From Botryllus schlosseri (lineage: Eukaryota), in contig CM119371.1 of assembly GCA_051294905.1 (NCBI GenBank), positions 17,300,001 to 17,364,000 of the forward strand: a stretch of 64,000 nucleotides of DNA. The letters are read 5' to 3'. Below the pieces are notes generated by a model. It searched no databases and was not told where the DNA came from. It saw only the letters and a list, made by a program, of their open reading frames with translations. The position numbers and the translations under genes were made by a program. Positions 12,791 through 27,081 of the stretch are shown in pieces (position 1 is the first letter of the stretch; each line of letters starts with the position of its first letter).

Positions 12791-14589
12791 ACTCGAACTC
12801 GATTGTGTAGTTCGGATCCTCAAAAGGAAACGTGACTTTGCTGTTTGCTATGACCTGTATTATACTGCTGACTATTATCGTTTGATTGGACTGTCGGAAT
12901 CTAACGAAGTTTGCCTAAAAGTAACCTTAGCTTTCACACATAACTTGTCTGAAACGACATTTAGTCTAGTTTGATGCAGTTTCTTGCATCTCTTGCACCA
13001 TCGTGGTGTACGCTCAAAGTATACTATTTCTTCCCTATCACGAAACCAGGTAGTAAAACACGTTACGAATTTCTGAATCAATCTGAAATTATATGTTTAA
13101 TTTCTCTAATTAATGGTCAAGCGTCCAACGTGTTTAATTTTAGAATGGGTCATAAAAAATCCTAATATATGTGGCTGACCAACAGGAAACATGCCATCGC
13201 ACCAATCCGCGGACTGGTGGTTGAGATCTCATGATTTAGAATAATAAAAATAGCGCATTGCAGCGAAAATCGGAGTATTTCTTGTATTTTTGCTTGCAAA
13301 TGCCTATGCAGACGGGCAAACATTTTCAACCCCATGCAGTAGCGTCTATACCTGGCCTTACATATATATTCTTTCGAAGCCGTTCTCTATAAAGAAAATA
13401 CCCAGGATTTTTTTGTTCACCTATGACACAAAAACGTCATTTGATGCTGAACTCTGCCCTGACTACTGAGTGACAACCGCAGCTGATCATGGTTGATTTC
13501 GACGGTGTTCCACATAGAGATGACTCTTTAAACGTGGTATATGGTATGCTACTAACGTTCACAAATTTCTTAGTTTGCAACAAGCAGCAAAAAGGTTGGC
13601 AACCACTGTATGGAAGGTTGGAACCACCTATATGTTTCGGAGCCCGTGATCGCTTCCGATCTTCAAAGACCACTCACATGTGCACTGTGAATGCAAGGGT
13701 GGAAAAATGCTTGTTCGCAAGATTTCCAATATAGCGTAATGTGCAAATGAGTCAATCGGTATTCTCTGGTACAAATGCTTGATTTCACACTCGTTATGGT
13801 GAGAGGGAAACACATAAAACAACCCATCCGGAGATATATCTCAGGGATGCAATGGGTACTATTTAGAAATTTCTGGGTCAATCCACAAAAACAGAATCCT
13901 CCTCCGCGGAATCTACCTGTAATTGCCTTGTTTTCATCCGTTGCAATGAGTATGAAATCTAAATTGTGTATCAAAAAATCCCGTTTACCTGATTTGTACC
14001 TCTACGCCTCTACGCTATGGTGTGAATCTATGAAATACACGATTTCCGTTTACAATATTTGGCCACCGCAAAGTCTCATTTTCATATTAGAATATGCAAT
14101 TATGACTTCGCCTGAACAATAAACTTCACATAATGGAATTTTCCACATTCGCTCTCCTTTACCAATTTCCGTGACCATGCATCAATTCATTTGACGCTAT
14201 CTTTGTGACATCGAACGCCGAATTTAGGTTTAATAGGGACCGTAGATCTCCTAATAACGCAATCGTTTAAAAAAAGTTATTTACCACGCAAAACCTGAAC
14301 ACGAACACATGGCGCTGAGTGATGTCTCAATGCTAATTCAAACGCGAATCTATTGTTGCAATACTCTCTTCGACTTCGTCTGTTTCCGAAGTAGTATAGT
14401 CAATAATACTGGGCAACAACTTGCTCTACTATACATATGCCCAAATTATACAAAATTATAGAAATTTTCACGAATTTAGCGATATTACTTCTCTATACCA
14501 CATGGAAAACCACGCTTTTTTCATATAATAAGTTATATATACAAAGGGTCGATTGAATTATTAGGAAAACGGGTACTGGTAATCTAGGC

Positions 14590-14890
14590 CAGTGGTTCTC
14601 AACCTTTTTTAGGGGCGCGCTTTATGATAGTGAAAAATTTCGTCATATCACAAAATCCATCCGGGACGCTAGCAACCCCAACAGATTGTTTGACCGCATG
14701 GAAGGTTATGATGACCATGAGAGAATTCAAAAAATATTAAATTCGGGGTATATACAGAGAAACATGCGTGAATTGGAGGTAAATCGCGCAAAGCGCGAAA
14801 AATTTTTTCAGTTGGCCGCTTCTTCGCGCCCCTCTTCAGATGCTTTCACGCCCCCCAAGGGGGTCTCTCTTCCCAGGTTAGAAACCACTG
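14590..14890. mobile_element. hAT MITE (cagtggttctcaac family)
   Basis: TIR cagtggttctcaacc/ggttagaaaccactg; an inverted relative lies at 17739-18339. Confidence 0.7.
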
Positions 14891-15169
14891 GTCTAATTGT
14901 ATGTATTGTATGGGCTATTTTCGGGCATCAAATCCAGGCTTTTGTTATTACAACCATCGCGCGAGACCTACGGGGGTATGGCATTTGATTCGAGATCGAT
15001 GTAGCCTACACATCCCGGATTAAAAGGGCATCACTGAAAGTTGTACAGTACAGTACCTTTTCGACATGCAGTGTGCTGTAGGATACAACACCTAGATCAA
15101 AACATTTTTCAATACCTGGTTTAGAATAGCCCAGCTATCGGTATGAGTATCAGTTTAATAATATTTTCA

Positions 15170-16010
15170 TCATTTCAAAACGCGACACCACTGCCCTACA
15201 ATGAAAATTGAAAAGATAGGACGGTGTCGAAACGACTTGAAGTTGCTAGCGTGACGGAAGTGTCATAACATGAAATTGGCAACCCAAACGTACGCCAAAT
15301 TACTTTTACATGAATTAAAACAAACCACTGCATTCATGGAAACATTTTCTGACGATATTTTGCGATGATCGCAGCGAAAACATCATTTGACAGATTTTGC
15401 CGAATGTTAGTTTGCAATGAGAACTATTGTTGAAGAACTGATTGGTGGTGCAGAACTGGAACACGGCCTTTAACAGTAAATTCATATCTATTAACTCGAA
15501 GAATTTTTCGCGTGCCTCTTATCAAGAGCAACCGGCACGATAAAGGATACAGAACAGAGTTGGATTCAAAACCAAATGGCGAATTGTGACGCAATAATTA
15601 GGATTTATAAATAACATGAATTGAAATTCAACCATAGCAACTAGGCAGCGTATATAGCAACATGCAACATGCAACTTGAAAAAGTAGTACGCGTTAGGAA
15701 TAACATGCAAATACAATGAGACAATGCAGCAACACAGAAGAAAAATTGAACAAAAACACGGACAACAAATTCAATAGATCAATCCCTTAAATTCACTGTA
15801 GATAAAGAACAAAACAGTTCCCTACAAGTTCTTGATGTATAGGTAAAAAAACGGGTCATCTATTCGCCACTTGGTTTTGAATTCATCTCTGTTCTGTATC
15901 CTTTATCGTGCCGGCTGCTCTAGATAAGAGACATGCGAAAAGTATTTCGAGTCCATAAATATGAATTTACTGTTAAAAGAAGTATTGTTCTACTTCATAA
16001 TCATATGTCT
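15170..16010. mobile_element. Penelope-like retroelement fragment with inverted duplication
   Basis: 15768+ reads NSIDQSLKFTVDKEQNSSLQVLDV, like the PLE RT motif IKFTxExE..LPFLDV; also ILYRA..CS and LLLK. 15470-15585 is inverted relative to 15862-15977. Confidence 0.6.
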
Positions 16011-17738
16011 TACTAGCCTACACCATGTACTACGAGGCAATTTTTCTTTACCCCCCTCCATTTCGCCCGCGGAGCGTTTCCGCCTCCTTCAAAATCCAAA
16101 TCAGCCCTTGGGAGGCGCTGCTGGAGGCATGGTTAAGAACCACTGGTTTAAATCAATCAAATAAAGCAGTGCATATGTTTATTTGGAGTCAATTGATTTA
16201 CTTCTGACTGTTTGTGGTTTTTGAAACGTTTTATACAGTTAACACAAAATATTTAAAGTAGTACGTTAGTGTGGGTATGAGATAATGTGGTGGGTCCCTA
16301 ACCCAAAAACTTGACTTGATCGAGAAAAACTGAAGTTATGTTTGAATTCAGCGCCCAAAAGTTAGTCATAATCAATTGTCTGATCAAAGTCAACAATAAT
16401 TGTGTTTACCAGTATAATCAGTGTACTTTTCGTGCTGGTGGATGCAGCTAAATGTCCTATCAGGAGCAAAAGTGTCCTAATTTAAACCCATTATTGCTGG
16501 GCTGCTCTGAGAATCTTCGCAGACCAGAATGAATTTGTATCGATGTAGCACTTGAAGATCAGGCCTTGCTCTGCTACTTTGCAGGAAATATATTTTTCAG
16601 ACCGAATACAAAAAAGTGGTGGAAGATAGCGAAACTAGATATAATCAACCGCTGCAGCGTGATATTTCCAGCGGAATAGGTTAAAAATCAGTATATTTCT
16701 GACGGTTCAATATTTTTCTTGATTTTCTGTTTAGCGTCCTTCCGGGATGTAAAAAGGATTCATCGAATGAGAGGAAAGTAGAATTCAAATAATTTGGTGT
16801 CAAACGTTACGAATTCTGTAAAATTCCGAAATTTCACTGAAACGCTCAGCTCAAATGCATAGGAAACAATTATTGTCGAACATAAATCTCTTAATTATCG
16901 CTGTTCGCAAATTGAAACGAAAGCAAACGCAACGATCGCGTCGTTCCATGCCTATGCCCATCCATCCAATCGACACATGCATAGATTCGTTGAATGAACG
17001 TATCGGCGTGAATCGATGCCATTGAATCTTAACAGTTCTCGGTTTTGATTATGTTATGAACAAAGATATCCGTTTATATGAGTTCAACATTCAAAATGCA
17101 GAAAAAATAGATTTCCTAATTTTTCAGAATCGCGCGACGAAAGCTCATCTTCTCCACCTCGCTCACCCCTTCCGGAAGATTCCAACGCGACAACGGTAAG
17201 AATACAAATTATAGCTTCACTTGCTCGAAGTGAAACTTGTAAATTTTATGGCCGACTCCTTATGAGCAGCGACTATTTATGGATGGGCAAACTTTTCAGC
17301 TCTCGGGCTGCACTTTAAAAAATTGAGTTTATTAGCCCAAACCCACTTTTTCTGATTAATGATATACTGACTGAGGAAATATATAGATCATATGGATGCA
17401 CATATTTAAAACAAGCCAAACATTGAAGGTATGATAACGTACGCACGTCAGAAACATTGGCAAGATTTGAGCATCAATAACGAATTCGTTAAAATTATGG
17501 GAGAAAGTCGGTTGTGCCGATTTTTAGAAGAGAATGTAAAGTTGAATCTGTGAGGAACGATCTGTTCTTAGATTCTACTTATGGTTCACAGCATCATGTA
17601 GCTTTAAGTATGCATCTATAATATGTACGTAATATACCTTTAAAATAGTTCTACACATATCGAGGTCGATTCTTTGTTGAAGATTACCCGAAGTATGCGA
17701 TATCTGTATGGATGCGATAAAGGATGCAATAGTATATA

Positions 17739-18339
17739 CAAAGGGTTCTCCAACTTGGGGCGTGAAAGCATCTGCAGGGGGGTAGAAAGCTGTGGTCAAC
17801 TGAATAATTTTTTCGCGCTTCACGCGATTTACCTCCAATGCATAGTTATTCATCTGTGGATAGTCTGAATTTCATACTTAAGAATTCTATCATCAACAGT
17901 CATAACCTTCCGTGTTATCTAGGGATACCATACGTCCTCTTTTAAGAGGATTTGTCGTCTTTTTTGACTATTTTGAAAATGTCCTCTGAGAATTCTGGTA
18001 AAATGTACATGGAAATTGATAGAGATAAAAAAAAAATCAGCGGCCAAGTAACGGTCCGACGAAGTTTTCGGGACGTGAGCCTGAAAAATAACTTATTTTT
18101 TAATCAAATCGGGAAAAATTTACCATGTTTTTTTTGTTGTATTACCCCAGTATTGTAAGTCTGAAATTTTTTAAAAGTGTCCTCGTTTCGGATTTCCAAA
18201 ATATGGTAACCCTAGTGTTTTAACACTATCCGTTGGGATTGCATGCATTCTGGTTACATTTTTGGATATGACGATCAGGGGGCGTGAAATTTTTCACGAT
18301 CATAAAGGGGGCGTGTCTAAAAACGTTTGAGAAACACTG
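17739..18339. mobile_element. hAT MITE carrying a nested tagggttaccatac-family MITE (17920-18214)
   Basis: Outer ends caaagggttctccaac/gtttgagaaacactg; inner TIR tagggatacc/ggtaacccta with flanks gtgttatc/gtgtttta. Confidence 0.7.
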
Positions 18340-18351
18340 GTTGGCCTATAT

Positions 18352-19212
18352 CAGTGGTCGGTAACCTATGGCTCGCGAGCCATATATGGCTCTTTTGAGT
18401 ATAAGAAGTGGCTCTTTTCCAAATATTTATTTTTGTACTGAATTGATCAATATTGAAGCGACTTGGGAGTACAGGTTCTGTATCCTGGTGCGGTGGCAGC
18501 GATGCGATTCGAACTCACGCCATCGAAATCGATGTGACTCAAACCTCCTCGCGATGTATCCTAATAGAAATCTTGAATTGTGGGATACGTTGAATCAAAG
18601 AGCATATAGCATAGCAGACATGGCGATGCCCATTTCAAAACGCAGTTTTCAAATACCCATTGTCTTCCTGATCTACGGCGCGAAATGAACTGTTGTGGAT
18701 GTCACGTTCACAATTACAAACTAGAATTACAAACAACGCCATAGCTATCCACGTTCTCCACGTTATGTGTAGTAGCCTACTGGCGATAAAATGTGTGCGT
18801 GTAGCCGTAGCGTAACGTTATGTTACCGCCGAAAACTTCGAGAATTGAGAAGTCGATGAGAATTGGGAAATCGATAAGTATTTGGATTTTCGAAATCAGT
18901 GTGACGGTCTCATTCGATTAATATCAGTTGAAAAATTCTAAGCTACTTACGATGAATAACGTTATCATTGGTGAGACTTGGCGCGTCTGCGTCTTACCTC
19001 TCGTTTCGACCTTTGTTTTCGACCAGTTTTTACAGAGAAAATATGACGCACACGAGGGATCCCATGCAGTGAGTTTGAATAAGTGCTACCATGACGTCAC
19101 GAATTTACAATTGTGACATACCAGTTGATTGGCATATATGGCTCTTAGGGAGTTGAGATGGAAAAAATAGGGCCAATATGGCTCTTTGGACAAAAAAGGT
19201 TCCCGACCACTG
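18352..19212. mobile_element. hAT MITE
   Basis: TIR cagtggtcggtaacct/aggttcccgaccactg; perfect TSD gcctatat. Confidence 0.85.
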
Positions 19213-19234
19213 GCCTATATACTGTATACTATAT

Positions 19235-20808
19235 CAGTGGTTCTCAACCTTTTTCACCTCGCGGACCGGTAAAATTTCAGAAGATATTTGGCGGACCGGC
19301 GGACCTTAAAAATTGAAATCAACCCCAAATGTAATGTATGCAGCCTTTTTTTGCTATTCACGGCCGCATTTCGATTACTTATACGGCCTACGGCCATATT
19401 CCAGGACATAGTAGCAGTGGACTAACTTGACATCAAATACCCATGTTAAACTGTCCATGTCCATTTCTTGTGAACTCCGGACTAATCTCTTTATGCATAT
19501 CGTCTTACTATATGCATCGAAATCAGCACATAGTGGTCATGTTATGAATAATGACTGGGACCGGTGATGGTAGTGCGAAGCGCGAAAATTTTTCTTATTC
19601 ACAAATGAATGTCGCCAAAATATTCGTAGTTTCACATCTTACTATTAAATATTTATCCTTTCTTAACCAAAGTGATTCAACCAAAATTTATCGGTAGAGT
19701 TGGTAGTGAAAGTGATGTCGAAAATTTAGAACATATGATGATGAATCTTCGGGTGGGCCAATTTTTAGTATAGTCACTTTGGGGCGTGTTGTAGTATAGT
19801 CACTTTGGGGCGTGTTGTTATTTCTTGACCTCCAATCAGGTTGTCGGTATAGTGGACATATGTTGGAATCTCCACAACGTACCAGAAACATTTTTTTTCG
19901 TAAGGAGTGCACGATTCGAAATTGTTATTTCCACATGGTGTGCATCATTTTCCTCCACTGTTCTCATTTGTGTGGGGCTCGGATTGTGAAGGGCGCTAGC
20001 TACGACTATATTAAAATCGAAAAATGTAGTCGCATTGAATCGCGCCTATCGCGAAGAAAATTTCAAGGTTAAGCAAAATATCTCAAATTCGGGAGTCAAT
20101 TCATTAACTAAATTTTCATGTCCACGGTCGCACAAATTTCCTTTTACGGCCGCAGGTTGGCCATCCCTGTACTAGAGAGTGAAATTGCGAGGGTTTTGTT
20201 CGTAATAAAATATGTTTATGATGGTATTCATTTGATTTTACCGTACTGTCTGCTGAGTGCTGAGTGAAATTGACTTGCCCAGATAAACATAGGCAAATTT
20301 CGCGCCGAAGGGCGTGGATTAAAACCGACCACGCCAACTGGAATAATATTCTTCTCTTCGACAACATCCAGAGATCAAGCGTTTTGTAGTAGGACCAAGC
20401 ACATTTTCGAGCTACCTTGCTCATTTCCCACCACTGCCATACGTAGCCTACTACGAGTACAATGCACCGCACGAACACACCTGATTACAGCGATACCTGG
20501 CCATCCATAAAATTAATGAATCGAGAACGAATGAGCGTACGGATTGTGCGGTTGGCGAGTCAGCTTGTACTTAGCGAGTCGTTAACATGTCGTTACCGGG
20601 GACAGCTTGGACTTTAAGTGAAATCGAACATGTTTCTGGACCTAACATTACCGCACGAAGTTCTGCATCGGTTTAAAATTTCACCTTTTATTATTTTACC
20701 AATGGACAAGCCTTCAACTTCTTGCATCTTGAAATTAAGGTATAAGATCTTACTATACATCGCGGACCGGCAGAAAAGTCGTCGCGAACCGGCGGTTGAG
20801 AACCACTG
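19235..20808. mobile_element. hAT MITE (composite)
   Basis: TIR cagtggttctcaacc/ggttgagaaccactg; TSD tactatat/tattatat. The internal segment ~19530-20169 resembles 60440-60830. Confidence 0.8.
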
Positions 20809-20825
20809 TATTATATAGTATATAG

Positions 20826-21398
20826 CAGGGTTGTAATGACTCGACTCGAGTCAGACTCGAGTCACGATTTTCGGATGACTCGACTCGACTCGAGTCATTT
20901 TCTCAAAATACGGAAATGACTCGACTCGACTCGAGTCAATCTGTGTATTGACTCGACTTGGACTCGAGTCATTGCGCATGACTCGAAACAAGTCATTGAC
21001 TCGAGATTCAGACGACCAAGACCTACATTTCATTGTAATTTCGAAGCCAACACATTATTGGGATTTCGTTTGTTGGTACTGCTGCTTGAAAATGCGACCA
21101 CAAACTGCTAAAAGTGAGGAAAATTGATATATTATAAATGCGAACCATTCAATATCACCAAACAGAGTTAAAAAAAGTGGGTTTAGGAAGACTTTAACTG
21201 GAATCTGAGCAGTCAACACAATGACTTGGACTCGGACTCGAGTCATTATACCATGACTCGGACTCGATCCTCTATTCGCTGACTTGGACTCGGACTTGAC
21301 TCGGTGGGAATTGAAAATGACTCGACTTGACTCGAGTCAAAAATATAGAAGTGAGATTGACTTGTGACTCGGAGCCTTGTGACTTGGTTACAACGCTG
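20826..21398. mobile_element. hAT MITE, gactcgagtc family (inverted relative to the 12195 copy)
   Basis: cagggttgtaa...ttacaacgctg; perfect TSD gtatatag. Confidence 0.85.
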
Positions 21399-22309
21399 GT
21401 ATATAGCACTGTGTCAGAACGTATATGTAATATTGCGCACAAAATATGGTTCTAAACAAGAATGGCTTATATATATATTTCTATATATTTACGTGACCCT
21501 AATATTCATCTCCGTATGTCACAGGATCCAATTACGGAAATCAGCGCCCTCTAACTACTCAACTATCTCCTGCGGAGCAACGGTAATATTACATTGGGTG
21601 TCTTTAAAATGTCTGAAATGGACATTATAATTATTAGAAGAATAAATTGGTATTGTCGAACCTTTGTTCGTATTAATTCATAAAATAGTATTTTATTAAC
21701 CAGAGCCGAAGAACTGATTTCTATTCAACGGCGTGGTAAAATTGGAAAATAATTTATTAATGCTTCCTGATGATAAGGTATTCCGTTTGATAGTTGAAAT
21801 ATTAAAAGTATCCATTCCCAATCTGACCCTTATTTTTCGTAACATAAGCCTGCTATATACAAATATATACTGTAATTCAAATATTTGGGATGATTTTCTT
21901 ATGTATACCTTGGTGTAGGCAACCTGTGAAATGTGCGATTGAAGTGGGCACCGCTCCACGGAACACAGGTGGCCGACCACTGTATCAGTCAATATTGTTG
22001 AACCAGCATGTCGAATATTGTTTTAAATCTAGATTAATTCTAAATAAACATTGTTTCTAATTTCGACCATTTTAGTCGTTATTTTCGACGTTTGAATTTT
22101 CCTTTTCTCCTTTTTGGTGCCATGGCCAATATGAGTTTTACCGACGTTACCGGTACGATCGTATTTTCGTAGGATGTTATAGAGGAGGGGTGGTCACACC
22201 TGCTGCACGCGGGAGCCACATATCGAAAATCTTATTTTGAAAAAAGACATAACACACAAATTCCTGGCTGCAAGGTGTTTGAAATCATGTTCACATGACG
22301 TCAAAGCAC

Positions 22310-24276
22310 TAGGGAGCAGTTCCAGTTGAGTATTTTAGGATCGACTCCGACTCCACACATTTTCAATGGACCGACTCCGACTCCTGAGTCTTTAAGCGTC
22401 CGACTCCGACTCCGTCCCCGACTCGAACAGTATCACCAATATACTTCGAAAATGATAGGCCACAGTGACGGTTAAATGACGATCATGTAACCGTTAAGCA
22501 TATGCAAAAATATGATTAACGATGGCAGGCAAAATTGATTCATTGTGGCACAGCTCAAGTTATTCACTATGCAATTAACATGAAAGATTGCCTTTTCAAA
22601 TATCTTCCCATTTTCATATTTTATAAGTTTTATAACACAGACTCTCTAATAACATAATATGTATGAACCATACCTACGCATCAATCACGCCATATATCCC
22701 ATCCTGTATAATTACCATGTGGTTAAAACAATCGAAATTTTGCTCTTGTGTATGAGTCAGCAACTAATACAGAGATGCAACTTACTAATTTTCTCATCAC
22801 ACACTGAACCGATTACAAGCACACACACTCTCAACTCACTACTAATAGACATTGGTCGTAAACGAAATTTAGGAAGTAGTCAAATAGCATATGTCTAGTC
22901 TATATACACTTAGCCAAGTATTCAAGGATTTGCAGTCCTTCTCAATCATTTGTTCGACCCAAGCAGCTAAGCTACACTACAATTATTTTTAATTTTGTCA
23001 AGTTGGAATGAGCGTTTGGTTATATTTACATCAGTTTTACAACCAGACGATACATTTACTCCGTCACAATATCATGGTGTAATTCTAAAAATTGCATCAA
23101 TTTGTGACTGCGTCGCGAAGATTCATATTGCTTCTTTGTTATTTTATGCAACTGAAATGTAATTTGCAAATAATGTCCAATTTTATCTGTATCAGGGGTG
23201 GCCCACCTTTACGATAAAAGGGTCACGTGAGATTTACGAACCATTGCGCTGGCAACTTCAAGGTTGATAACCTTTTCTTTAGTCGTCCGATAGGAACGAA
23301 CCAAGTTAGGTAAGATTAAAAACAAGACTTATATTACTACGCTTTAAAATTGATAATAATTGTGTCATGAAAAATCCTTGTGCAACTGTACAGCGTGCAG
23401 TCATGCCCTGGTCGCGCGAAGCACGAAATATTTTTCAAAGGTAATGGATGAACTCGATCTATAAATATATTACTTGCATATGTTGGGGGTCGCTTCTGTA
23501 CAGCAATGGCCTCATTTGGCAAGGACAGGATTATTTGTCGTTTAGAGATAAGCGCATAAGCGAAGTCGCATGTTGGACGACACGTTATCTTCTAATTGGG
23601 AGTATAGTTAGACTCAATTCTGTAAATTCGCGTATTTATAATTTCCAGGAGAAGGTTCCAATACTGGATGCATGAAATGTTACTATAAATCATACAAAGT
23701 GCAAAGTTTCAAGTCAAAAAAATTTGCCTCTGAATATTCTATTTTATGATCATGGTCATATACGAAGGACGAAGGTATGCGATGAATGTGGCTTGCCGTT
23801 TGCCCCTGGTTACGCCAACGCGTCGAAACTGGTGTTTTAGTCATCATCAAATTTCGCGGTCAGGCTTATCAGATTTTGGTTGGCGTTGCAATTTGCCTGT
23901 TGTTATAACTAATCTCGAGAATAACCTCGCAGGCCACACAAAACCTTCTCAAGGGTCACATTTGTCGTGTGGGTCGTGGTTTGGCTGGCCTGATCTGTAT
24001 CGTTAGTAATAATAATGATTTATTGTACCTAAAAATCATATTACAGTTATTATTAGTAATTTAAAAGATAAACTGAAAGCAATTGTTTTCATGATAAAAA
24101 AGTTGGAGACGGAGTCGAAGTCAAAGTCATCTGCACAAACTCTGACTCCGTTCAGTATTTTTTACACGACTCCGACTCCGAATCCGACTACAGCCAGTAC
24201 AGTTATTGCGACTCCGACTACATCAAGCGAAAATCAGCCAAACTCCGACTCCACCGACTCCGACTCCAAAGCCCTG
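22310..24276. mobile_element. hAT-type element, gactccgactcc family, with nested MITE 23193-23992
   Basis: (gactcc)n subterminal arrays; colinear with 40905-42314. The nested cagggg...gcctg element has a perfect TSD atctgtat. Confidence 0.75.
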
Positions 24277-25527
24277 ACCATGCCCAATTGTTGCTGGTGA
24301 AACTCGATTCGAGAGTTCTATTGCAAAGTTATGCCAAACAAGAACTCTTGAGTGAACTTTCCCTTTTCCCATGTGCATTGTGCAATAGGGCTGTTTAAAA
24401 ATACCTTTTTCCCGGATTTCAGCCATTCACTAATTAGATTGTCCGATTACCCTAAAAAACGCTACACACGAAATTTGGTTCAATTCTAACGAGTATCAGA
24501 CACCGCAGATGCAATTAAATTTTTTAATGTTTCAGAAAAAAAAAATTTATTCGTCTCATTTGGTGATTAGGTCAACGATTTTTTGGTTGATAGGTTGGGA
24601 CCTACTGTATACATCTTATTGTGTTTTTACTAGCCCTTGCTTCGAGTCACCTGTAGTATTAGCTGGATGCTCCACTGCTGTTAGAACAGATTATCTGCTT
24701 CTGTGTAATAAAATTAGTTCGATTGAAGATAAATCTCAAGCCTCGTCGAATCAGGTCAAGATAGACCGTTCATCAAATACTTAACTTCGGAGGCGTCTCG
24801 CGTAAATATGTTTATCGAAATAACCCCAAACGAGTATCGCTCTTTATAACAGCTACATTTAAAACTGTCAGGTGACGAATTTCCAGAAGATGAGAAAAAG
24901 TGCGCTGATAATAACGACGGAATCTACGACGATATAGTCCGTAATTGAAGTCAAATATTATTCACTGCAAGCAATGATTCCCCGTAGCCCGTTGGGGTTC
25001 GAAGCAACGACGCAAGAAGAACGAGTGGCACTTGGATATTATACGCTAATTATTGAAGAATGCGTATTAGCAGTTACCCTTGTTTTATGTTCATGACGGG
25101 TTGGTTTTGCTCAATGGCGTCATTGCGCAGCCTAGATGGAAGAACTAACAATTGTAGGACCACGTTTTCACATGATCATTTTAGAACAGCGGCAACAAAA
25201 AGTTATTAGTCAATTTATTGAGTGATTGTTCATGTTATAGCTGAACTTACAAGAATATTCTAATTCATGCATTCAACACGTAAGCTAGAAATATATTGCG
25301 TTTAATTCCTATCATGACATTAGTATTTGCTTCCGTCAGCTTTTGTAGGCAGCGACAGGACAATAGTTAGTATGATCGGTCGTGGCCTGCCTGGGGCTCT
25401 TATGGGCGCGGTAGCATGCTATCGCGAAACTCGTGGTAGCATGGTGGCCCTTTAAGACGTCCCCGATCGGTGGCATGATAGCGCTCCGGAGATATAGGGG
25501 GATCGCTCATGAGGTGACCCTCTAAGG

Positions 25528-26923
25528 CAGTGGTTCCCAAACCGTGGGGAATTCCCCACTGGTTGGGAATTCAATGGTTTCTGGTGGGAAATAGACGCAT
25601 TTCTTCAAAATTATACACAGGACAGTCTACATATTCACGGAGACACATGCGCAATCACCGTTACCAGTTAACTGCTCTGGAATGTAGGCTATGTATCGAA
25701 AATTATATTGCGTGTTGTTCACAAAACCTCATTTTTAACTCTGTCCATTGATGGCGTCACAAATGCATCCAGCACGACTAGTTGGACGTGGAATAATGCT
25801 TTCGCGAACTTTTGAGCGTTACTGGTATCGGTTTTCAATACGTTTTATGTTGCAGTTATAGGCGATTATCCTGGGTACTGGTGTGGTTGTGTGTCTTGTG
25901 AGTCGAACCAGCAAAAAGCTGCTCTGTGATGACAAAAGTGCTGGGTGGTGGGGAACAGGACCGTAACTGCCGCACCATAGTACGGTGGGGGCGAGCTCGA
26001 AGGGGCCCAAAATTATTTCGTGAAATACCAAAAATGATAGAGTATTTTTTTGAGAATTTATGCCTCTTTTTCGATTTAATATTGCCGAATATCTTGAATA
26101 TTAGGTACCGTTCCCCCATAAAAATACGTAGAATTTATAGAAAACGAGACTTCGGCGTCGGCCATTACTGCGCCACGACGCACCAAGACATATGAAGTTA
26201 TAGGCAATGTAACATGCGACTCCGAGAAGTGTGCCAGAACGATCAGCAGCGAGAAGACCTTGGCCAAGAAGGAATGCCCTTGTGGTGACCGAGAACTTCG
26301 ATATATATACATTATACAATATACTATACATAAATGTTTAATTGTCTATAGGAGGATAAATGGATGGCGCCGAATGTTCCTGTCCTGGTGATTTTAACCA
26401 CACGGGACAAATGCCATCTCACAGGGAAAAAGTTATTTGCCTGTAAAGCAATACCAATTTGAAATCGTGCGTGCCTTTTAGTTTTGATGATTTCCATATC
26501 TTTTAACATAGCAGATATAGAAGGTCACGAAATAGCATAATGTAACGAAGTCAATATACCAACGGGTCCGCCCGAAGATGTTTAATTCTTATTTAGGGGT
26601 CTTACCTTTTCCAACACACCTCACTCAGCTCTACCGGTAAATCTGATTATGTGAGCAGAGAAGGGATAAAACATTGATAGCAAAATATATGCAATTCCGA
26701 TCATATTGACTGATTCAAACATGAATTATATAAAATTTTGCGCTTCGCGCGTTTAGTCGGAAAAAAGCGACGCACTAAACAGTAGACCCAATGTAGCCGA
26801 TCAGTAGCGGGGGGAAAGCGTACAGCCTCAGGGGGCTGAGGGGATGTTACGGTTCTGGTGGGGAATGAAGGCTCGGAATAAATCAGAAGTGGGGAATGAA
26901 GACAAAAAGGTTGGGAACCACTG
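25528..26923. mobile_element. hAT MITE with nested family-B element (25956-26857)
   Basis: Outer TIR cagtggttccca with TSD ctctaagg/ctctaagc; inner TIR caggaccgtaac/gttacggttctg with perfect TSD gtggggaa. Confidence 0.85.
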
Positions 26924-27081
26924 CTCTAAGCTGTTGGTGCAGCGGCATGATAACGTGAAAACTGGGGGTGGCATGCTAAAGTTTTGAGGTATAGGTGCGG
27001 CGGCATGTTAACGTTTCAGTTATAGGCTGTGGTGATGACCTGACACAGATTGCTATGTGGGAGTGAACTAACGTTCTGGGC

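Larger units (their letters stand above)
14430..16414 (-). mobile_element. Second, inverted fragmentary copy of the Chapaev3-like element
   Basis: 14440-14585 is the reverse complement of ~10120-10265; 16335-16414 is the reverse complement of the 6293 end. Confidence 0.55.
11723..24948 (+). pseudogene. Scattered exon-like segments of a Pro/Tyr-motif-rich protein tail (gene or pseudogene)
   Basis: AG/GT-bounded segments at 11723-11881 (PPPPIAPRP, in-frame TGA), 16601-16679 (EYKKV), 17128-17195, 21525-21582 (SNYSTI), 24690-24754 and 24853-24948 (GIYDDIVRN*). The last two join in phase; the others do not all join. Confidence 0.35.
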
